Origin: an uncultured archaeon
GTDB taxonomy: Archaea > Asgardarchaeota > Lokiarchaeia > Sigyniarchaeales > SOKP01
DNA length: 12,978 bases
Reading direction: 5' to 3'
Assembly: GCA_964508365.1 (NCBI GenBank)
Contig: CAZDTP010000085.1
Span: 1 to 12,978 of the forward strand
Positions 7,075 through 12,978 of this stretch are shown piece after piece. Under the pieces are notes generated by a model. The model made no database searches. It had not been told where the DNA came from and saw nothing but the letters and a program-made list of their open reading frames with translations. The translations under genes were made by a program, and so were the position numbers. Every line of letters starts with the position of its first letter. The first letter of the stretch is position 1.

Positions 7075-7854
7075 ATGCGATTAAAAGATAAAATTGTTGT
7101 ATTGACTGGAGCAGCATCAGGAATTGGTAGAGCTACAGCAATATTATTCTCCAAGGAGGGGGCAATCCAAGTTCTTTCTGATAATGATGAAGAGGGTTTA
7201 AATGAAACTTATAAACTTATCAGTGACGATGCAAAAGAAAGAACCAAGATAACCGTCGTTGATGTAAGAAATCAAAATGAAGTAAAAGCGATGATTGACC
7301 TAACTATTGAAAAATATGGACGAATCGATGTTTTAATTGTTAATGCGGGAGTGGTTAGAGTAGGTGATGTTGAAACGTTTCCAGATGCAGATTTAAATTT
7401 ACTTATCGATGTAAACATAAAGGGTACTCATTACACTTGTAAATACGCAGTTCCATATTTTAAAAGGCAAAAATTTGGTTCAATCATTACATTAGCATCA
7501 GTAGCTGCTCATATAGGTCAAACTGCTCATGCGAACTATTGTTCAACCAAAGCAGCAGTATTAGGTTACACCAGAGCATTATCTTTAGATTTAGCACCAT
7601 ATAATGTTCGAGTGAATAGCGTTTCTCCTGGAGCAACCGACACACCCATGCTACAAAGCGATGTAGCAAAGCAAGCTAAAGATAGAGGATTATCATATGA
7701 AGAGGTTAAGAGGGAGTTTGAAGAAGAAGGTGTCATGGGAAGATGGGCAACTTCAGAAGAAATTGCGACTGGAATCCTTTTTTTAGCTACTGAGGAATCA
7801 AGCTATATGACGGGAGCAGATTTGAGACTAGATGGTGGTTGGACTGCTAGATAA
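7075..7854 (+). CDS. Classical short-chain dehydrogenase/reductase (likely NAD-preferring)
   Basis: 259 aa. TGAASGIG, acidic residue at the end of beta2 (LSDND), VNAG, YCSTK (YxxxK), VNSVSPG and LRLDGG. Confidence 0.93.
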   Translation: MRLKDKIVVLTGAASGIGRATAILFSKEGAIQVLSDNDEEGLNETYKLISDDAKERTKITVVDVRNQNEVKAMIDLTIEKYGRIDVLIVNAGVVRVGDVETFPDADLNLLIDVNIKGTHYTCKYAVPYFKRQKFGSIITLASVAAHIGQTAHANYCSTKAAVLGYTRALSLDLAPYNVRVNSVSPGATDTPMLQSDVAKQAKDRGLSYEEVKREFEEEGVMGRWATSEEIATGILFLATEESSYMTGADLRLDGGWTAR

Positions 7855-7905
7855 TTATCTAAATTTATAATTTTTTAATAAGATTCATTTTCTTATTTAC
7901 ATTTT
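7855..7905. terminator. AT-rich convergent spacer, probable bidirectional T-tract termination region
   Basis: 51-bp spacer between the two convergent SDR genes, with a T6 run on plus and T-rich stretches. Inferred from context. Confidence 0.3.
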
Positions 7906-8655
7906 TTACATTGTCATTCCGCCGTCCACGAGTAAACTTACTCCTGTACAGAATTCATTTAATGCTAAAAATAGAACACCTTCTGCAATTTCTTCTGGAG
8001 TACCAAGACGTTTTAATGGTTGGCGATCTATATATCCTTGCCTAATTTCATCATAATTTCCCCCTCTGCTTTTAATTCTTTTCGCTAGTGAAGGTGAATC
8101 AGTAGTTCCGGGACAAATGGCATTAACTCTAACTTTATCTTCCAGATAGTCTGCTGCCATCGCCCTAGTCATTGATAACACAGCACCTTTAGATGCTGTG
8201 TAGGCGACCCTATCTTTTACACCTTTAAATGCAACTGAAGAAGAATTATTTATGATAACACCTTGAGTTTTTCTTAAATAGGGGATCGCGTATTTCGTTA
8301 CTAAATATATACCCCGTACATTGACAGCCATAGTTCTATCCCAGTCTTCTGTAGATATTGTATCGATTGCGCCACCAAGTACAATTCCAGCATTATTGAA
8401 CAAAATATCTATTTTTCCATAAGTTTCTATGGTTTTTTCAATTATTCGATTCGCTTCCTTTTCTACAGAAACGTCTGCTTGAACAAATATTGCATCTCCT
8501 CCAAATAATTTAATTTTTGCTACTATATTCTTAGCAGACGCTGATAATGAATTACAACACACTTTTAGACCCTCCTTCGCAAAAAGGAGAGCGGTTGCTT
8601 CACCAATACCCGCTCCAGCTCCCGTTACAACGGCAATCTTTCCTTTTAATTTCAT
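7906..8655 (-). CDS. Classical SDR, BDH2/DHRS6 / 2-keto-3-deoxy-sugar-acid dehydrogenase-like
   Basis: 249 aa. TGAGAGIG, NNAG, SSS, YTASK, and C-terminal RVNAICPGTTDSPSL..RI......R..YIDRQPLKRLGTPEEIA, which resembles the BDH2/DHRS6 subgroup. Confidence 0.88.
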   Translation of the reverse strand: MKLKGKIAVVTGAGAGIGEATALLFAKEGLKVCCNSLSASAKNIVAKIKLFGGDAIFVQADVSVEKEANRIIEKTIETYGKIDILFNNAGIVLGGAIDTISTEDWDRTMAVNVRGIYLVTKYAIPYLRKTQGVIINNSSSVAFKGVKDRVAYTASKGAVLSMTRAMAADYLEDKVRVNAICPGTTDSPSLAKRIKSRGGNYDEIRQGYIDRQPLKRLGTPEEIAEGVLFLALNEFCTGVSLLVDGGMTM

Positions 8656-8720
8656 TTTTTTATTACTGTTTATTCAAATTTAGATAAATATTATTAAAAT
8701 TAATTTAAATTTGATTTTTA

Positions 8721-8741
8721 TTTCATAAAACTTTAATGAAA
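8721..8741. promoter_or_regulatory. Near-palindrome containing back-to-back TATA-like elements between divergent SDR2 and GH5
   Basis: TTTCATAAAACTTTAATGAAA, with 9 of 10 pairs complementary around position 8731. Plus strand reads AAAAC-TTTAAT and minus strand reads AAAG-TTTTAT. Confidence 0.35.
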
Positions 8742-8787
8742 AGAGAGTAATTTATTGATAAGAACCCATAATGCTAATTTGATTTAA

Positions 8788-10710
8788 ATGACATTAAGAA
8801 TTAAGAATGAGCATTTTGTTGACGATAAGGGCCGAACAGTGCTACTGAGGGGTGTGAATTTGGGGGGAAGCTCAAAAGTTCCCGTTACTCCTAATGGTGC
8901 AACACATATTAAAACTAATTTTGCAGATCATAGAAATATCTCTTTTGTTGGTCGACCATTCCCTCTAAAAGAAGCAGATGAACATTTTTCACGATTAAAG
9001 CATTGGGGGTTTAATTGTCTTAGGTTTTTGGTAACTTGGGAGGCTATAGAACATAGTGGACCAAGAGAATACGATAAAGAATACTTAGATTATCTTGAAG
9101 AAATTCTAAAGATTGCTGGAGAACATGAGTTTTACATATTTATAGATCCCCATCAAGATGTGTGGAGTAGAATGACTGGCGGAGATGGTGCTCCTAAATG
9201 GACATTTGAAAAAGTAGGGTTAGATTATACTAAACTTGAAAGCTCTGAGGCTGCTTTTGTAATGCAACTTAGATATGACCCTAATGACCTTACAAAATAT
9301 CTTCCAATGCATTGGATGGGGAACACCTATAGATTTGCGAATGGAACGATGTGGACCTTATTTTTTGGAGGAAAAGATTTTGCACCTTCATGTATAATTG
9401 ATGGGAAAAACATTCAAGACTATTTCCAGAATCATTTCTTTGATGCTATGAAACAAGTAGCATTAAGGGTAAAAGATAATTCATATTTATTAGGATTTGA
9501 TATATTAAATGAACCTCCTGAAGGATGGATTAGTAAATATGTTGATGGAAGTGAATGGGAAGGAAAGTCTGATGTATTGGGGCATGTTTTTACTCCTATA
9601 GATGCGATGCTTACCGGAGCAGGATATACTAGAAATGTTGGATATCAAGAACTTAAAAGATTTGGTATTAAAGAAACTAGAAAAGATGAGTTAAATCAAG
9701 GAAAAATTTCATGTTGGTTAGAAGGATTTGAAGATATTTGGAAAAAAGAAGGGGTATGGGGATTAGATGAGATCGGAAATCCAAAGATTTTGAAAAATGA
9801 ATATTTCATTTATAAAAATGGAGAAAAAATTGATTTCTACCGAAATTATTTTTCTCCTTTCCTCAAAGCCTACACTGAAGCTATCCGAATAGTATTTCCA
9901 AAAGCAATAATATTTCTTACAGGGCCTATGGAAAGTGTGATGAAAGGAGAGGTAATTGAATTAGAAATTCCAGCTAATAGTGTACATGCTGCCCACTGGT
10001 ACGATGTTGCTACAACTGGTACAAAAAAAGCAATGCTTAAAGCTAATTTTAATATGATTACAGGAAATCCAGTTATCGGCAAAAGTAATGTGCGTCAAAT
10101 GTTCATTTCACAATTAGAAAATATTAAAGATTACTCTAATTCTTTTTTTGGCGGCATCCCTACCTTAATTGAGGAATTTGGATTACCTTTTGATCTTAAT
10201 AATAAAGAGGCTTATGAGAAATTTAAAACTGAACCGAAAGAAGCTTGGAAAACGCATATCAAAGCGTTAAATAATTATTATAACGCAATGGATGCTAATT
10301 TATTACATGCACTACAATGGAATTATACCCCAGATAATACTAATAAATGGGGGGATTTGTGGAATTTAGAAGATTTATCAATTTATAGTATAGATCAAAG
10401 AGTTAATCCAGAGGATATTAATAGTGGTGGAAGAGCAATTAAGGGTTTCTGTCGCCCACATTTCGTTCGTTGTACTGGCATTCCCAAAAAAATGGATTTT
10501 AAAATGAAGGAAGGATTATTTTATTTTGAGTTTGACGGCGATGTTTCTATAAAAGGTTCAACTGTTCTTTATATTCCAAGAATCCATTTTCCAAACGGTT
10601 ATGATATTAACGTATCAGAGGGTGAAATACAAAAAGATGAAAAAAATCAAGTAGTATCTATAACCATTAAAGAAAATGGAGTCCATACAGTAAAAATAAC
10701 AAAAATTTGA
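8788..10710 (+). CDS. Glycoside hydrolase family 5, endoglycoceramidase-related (EGCrP/Egh1, GH5_12-like) beta-glycosidase with C-terminal beta-sandwich domain
   Basis: 640 aa. GRTVLLRGVNLGGSSKVP, SFVGRPFPL.EADEHF.RL..WGFN..RFLVTWEAIEH.GP..YD, HQDVWSR..GGDGAP.W, acid/base NEP (E242), nucleophile EEFGLPFD (E463), WNYTPDN...WGD.WN.EDLSI. No N-terminal hydrophobic signal. Confidence 0.9.
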   Translation: MTLRIKNEHFVDDKGRTVLLRGVNLGGSSKVPVTPNGATHIKTNFADHRNISFVGRPFPLKEADEHFSRLKHWGFNCLRFLVTWEAIEHSGPREYDKEYLDYLEEILKIAGEHEFYIFIDPHQDVWSRMTGGDGAPKWTFEKVGLDYTKLESSEAAFVMQLRYDPNDLTKYLPMHWMGNTYRFANGTMWTLFFGGKDFAPSCIIDGKNIQDYFQNHFFDAMKQVALRVKDNSYLLGFDILNEPPEGWISKYVDGSEWEGKSDVLGHVFTPIDAMLTGAGYTRNVGYQELKRFGIKETRKDELNQGKISCWLEGFEDIWKKEGVWGLDEIGNPKILKNEYFIYKNGEKIDFYRNYFSPFLKAYTEAIRIVFPKAIIFLTGPMESVMKGEVIELEIPANSVHAAHWYDVATTGTKKAMLKANFNMITGNPVIGKSNVRQMFISQLENIKDYSNSFFGGIPTLIEEFGLPFDLNNKEAYEKFKTEPKEAWKTHIKALNNYYNAMDANLLHALQWNYTPDNTNKWGDLWNLEDLSIYSIDQRVNPEDINSGGRAIKGFCRPHFVRCTGIPKKMDFKMKEGLFYFEFDGDVSIKGSTVLYIPRIHFPNGYDINVSEGEIQKDEKNQVVSITIKENGVHTVKITKI

Positions 10711-10737
10711 ATTTTTCTTAAATATTTAATTTAAACT

Positions 10738-11874
10738 TTAATCCCAATTTATATTATTATAATTTATTTGTGTTACTTCTCCAAGTCCTTCTAGTATACT
10801 TCTTGTCCCTTCTTTTTTATAAACTTCCATTAATTCATCCATTGTAGTCATTCTTCCCTTTTTAGCGGACAGATATGCTAAAAGAACCACCGCAACACCT
10901 TGTCTTGCCTCTTCTGGTGTAAATTTTGGCTTCTTATCTTCTAAAATACATTTAGCAAAATATGCGTCTTCGTGACCCATGGAGATTTTATAATAATCAG
11001 GAAAAGGGCCGTGTTCAATTTTAGGGCTATAATACTCTCCCTTAACTTCAGCTTCAGGATGAGAGGAAAATATTTTTACAGGTCTCTCCCAGTCGTGATC
11101 TTCAAAAATCGTTCCTTTTGTTCCATGGAATTCTGTTTTATTTGTAAGCGGATGTACTGTACTAGAGGAAATATCCACTGTTACGATAGCTCCGCATTTA
11201 TAACGCAATAGAACTATAGCTGTATCTTCTCCTTTATCGGGGGAAGATTTCGCAGTCTTACTTAGCCAACATTGAGCTGAATCTACTTCGCCAAGAAACC
11301 AATTTAGCATAGTAAATTTATGAACTCCTTGATCTGCAACTACACCGCCACCCCCTTTTTTATAGGTAAAACTCCAATCATTATTATCAAAAAATTGTGA
11401 ACGAGCATAAGCACCTTCATAAGTTCGACCAAGGAATACATCGCCAATAAATCCACGCGCTATAGCATCTTTTATAACTTGATGAGCTGGTAGGAATCGA
11501 TGATTCTCTGCAATCATGAATTTTATACCAGCTTTTTTCGTAGCTGTTATCATCTCATCACATTCTTCCAGAGTGGTCGCCATAGGTTTTTCGCAAATGA
11601 CATGTTTCCCAGCTTCAGCTACGGCAATAACTATATCTCTGTGTAGAAAATGTGGAACTAAAACCATAACTGCATCAATATCACTTTTTAAGAAGTCCTC
11701 TAACTTCGAATAAGGTTCTAATTTTGAATATTTAGCTGCTCTAGCTAACTTCTTCTCGTCGATGTCGTAACCAGAAATAAATTTAATTTGCGGATTATTT
11801 TTGGTACCTAGTTTATGGTACCGCCAGACAGACGAACCCGCTCCAATTATTCCAAACTTTACAAAATCATTCAT
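10738..11874 (-). CDS. Gfo/Idh/MocA family NAD(P)-dependent oxidoreductase (paralog 2)
   Basis: 378 aa. KFGIIGAG, GKHVICEKP, AENHRF and GGGVVADQGVH. Colinear with 4688..5815, about half the positions identical by eye. GAGGA SD lies upstream. Confidence 0.92.
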   Translation of the reverse strand: MNDFVKFGIIGAGSSVWRYHKLGTKNNPQIKFISGYDIDEKKLARAAKYSKLEPYSKLEDFLKSDIDAVMVLVPHFLHRDIVIAVAEAGKHVICEKPMATTLEECDEMITATKKAGIKFMIAENHRFLPAHQVIKDAIARGFIGDVFLGRTYEGAYARSQFFDNNDWSFTYKKGGGGVVADQGVHKFTMLNWFLGEVDSAQCWLSKTAKSSPDKGEDTAIVLLRYKCGAIVTVDISSSTVHPLTNKTEFHGTKGTIFEDHDWERPVKIFSSHPEAEVKGEYYSPKIEHGPFPDYYKISMGHEDAYFAKCILEDKKPKFTPEEARQGVAVVLLAYLSAKKGRMTTMDELMEVYKKEGTRSILEGLGEVTQINYNNINWD

Positions 11875-11938
11875 TTAATTATCCTCTAACATTTTTCCTT
11901 TATTATCTAATTAATTTTATTGCTTTGGTGTTAACTAT

Positions 11939-12978
11939 TTATTTAACAAAAATGTTCTTATCTAAACTTGAGAGCCTCTCACATCCACTACTCGTTATTC
12001 TGTAACAGTCTTCAATTCCCACTAATCCCTGATTTTTGAAATTTTGCCAGACCTCAATATCAAGAACCATATTCTCTTCAAATGGTCGATCTAACTTTTT
12101 CATAGGGCTAAATAAATGAGTCTCCTCACATTCTAGACCTATACTGTGTCCCGTTATAAAAGCTCTCCCCCTCTTTGTTAGAGATTTATTAAAATCACTC
12201 GCATTAATATACAATTCTTTCATATTTAAACCGGGATGAATGTTTTGTTCACAGTACTCTTGAACTTTTATCATTCTATTCATAACTTCCTCTGCTCCAT
12301 CAGGTATTTGTCCTATCACTAACTCTCGACTAACATCTGAAACATATCCTTTCCAAATGGTCCCTATATCAAATCTATTAAGATCTCCTGCTTTCAGAGT
12401 AGTTCCTACTCCTGGTGCTTCAGGATCAGACGGACCCAAATTCATTGTTAAGTGATCCCATCCTTCTGCACCCTCATTAACGATTGTTCTCCTGGCGATT
12501 TGTAATAATTCGATATCAGTAATTCCCTCATAAGATGCTTCAATCATATTTAATATAGCTTTTTCAGAAATTTCGGTTGACTTCTTTATTCTTTTTACCT
12601 CTTCTTCAGATTTGATTAAACGCATATCTAAAAAGGCTTGATCGCTATTCATAAAAGTTGAATTTGGGAATTTACTCCTAAGATATTCAGATTGATAAGA
12701 AGGCATAAGAGATTCATATCCTATCTTGCTATTCGATAAACCCCATTCTTCAATCTTATCAGACACAGATACCATAGCACCTTTAGGAGAGCCTATTCCA
12801 TGAATATCACTTACCCATGAAAATTTATCTACGCTACGAAAAGTGATCCACATTATCAAACTTTGCTCACCATCTCTCCGAACTAAAGACAAACTTGGGT
12901 ATTGATTTGATAAAACGTATAGTATAGGATTTGGAGCTACATGTAATGTTGGTAAACCAGTTAAATAAAAAACATTTA
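11939..12978 (-). CDS. Peptidase M24 family metalloenzyme, atypical active site (paralog 2); 5'-truncated by the window edge
   Basis: The frame stays open past the track's TTG 'start' at 12892 to the window end, reading NVFYLTGLPTLHVAPNPILYVLSNQYPSL, which aligns with paralog 1. Ligand motifs RFDIG, SDVSR, GHSIGL, LDIEVW, GIEDC. Confidence 0.9.
   Translation of the reverse strand, partial: NVFYLTGLPTLHVAPNPILYVLSNQYPSLSLVRRDGEQSLIMWITFRSVDKFSWVSDIHGIGSPKGAMVSVSDKIEEWGLSNSKIGYESLMPSYQSEYLRSKFPNSTFMNSDQAFLDMRLIKSEEEVKRIKKSTEISEKAILNMIEASYEGITDIELLQIARRTIVNEGAEGWDHLTMNLGPSDPEAPGVGTTLKAGDLNRFDIGTIWKGYVSDVSRELVIGQIPDGAEEVMNRMIKVQEYCEQNIHPGLNMKELYINASDFNKSLTKRGRAFITGHSIGLECEETHLFSPMKKLDRPFEENMVLDIEVWQNFKNQGLVGIEDCYRITSSGCERLSSLDKNIFVK

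Noticed and set aside
6896-7669. Minus-strand ORFs 6896..7117 and 7487..7669
   Set aside because: Antisense to the well-supported M24 and SDR1 genes, with non-protein-like composition.
7848-7861. Perfect 14-bp palindrome TAGATAATTATCTA over the SDR1 stop codon
   Set aside because: A 7-bp-arm AT-rich palindrome is expected about once or twice by chance in 13 kb, and no second copy was found.
8673-8687. ATTCAA half-sites upstream of SDR2 (also at 1660-1665 and 4340-4345) as extra operator copies
   Set aside because: The second half does not match TTGAAT at the 3-bp spacing, and half-sites are common in AT-rich DNA.
9870-11713. ORFs 9870..10082 (-), 10972..11211 (+) and 11516..11713 (+)
   Set aside because: Antisense shadows of the GH5 and Gfo paralog 2 genes.
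12890-12892. Track start codon for M24 paralog 2
   Set aside because: It is an internal TTG (Leu). The frame and the homology to paralog 1 continue to the window end.
1-12978. Stop-codon reassignment as an explanation for the two broken ORFs; CRISPR, IS, tRNA or rRNA
   Set aside because: TAA and TGA both terminate well-supported genes here, and the 4260-4596 lesion is a frame change rather than a stop. I saw no spaced direct repeats, transposase, terminal inverted repeats or structured RNA-like GC-rich segment.

Overview
An AT-rich window (roughly one-third GC by eye) packed with metabolic genes. I found no rRNA, tRNA, CRISPR array or mobile element. BRE/TATA-like upstream elements, an AGGTGAT ribosome-binding site and T-tract terminators point to an archaeon. 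Low GC and the gene content would fit an Asgard/Lokiarchaeia-type genome, but that is inference. The left part (minus strand) holds a nitroreductase and an operon of extended SDR (DFR/HpnA-like), SCP2-like small protein and a divergent aldehyde dehydrogenase. Both units carry the same palindrome, ATTCAA-N3-TTGAAT, 30-35 bp upstream of the start codon. An unannotated ~111-codon ORF, broken by a +1 frameshift at codon 6-7, lies at 4260-4596. The right part is an apparent glycoside-catabolic locus. It has two paralogous Gfo/Idh/MocA oxidoreductases, each next to a paralogous M24 (pita-bread) enzyme that keeps the metal ligands but lacks the peptidase substrate histidines. Between the two pairs sit two classical SDRs and a signal-peptide-less GH5 related to fungal EGCrP/Egh1 glucosylceramidase/sterylglucosidase. 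The repeated Gfo + atypical M24 pairing is the best candidate for an undescribed pathway.
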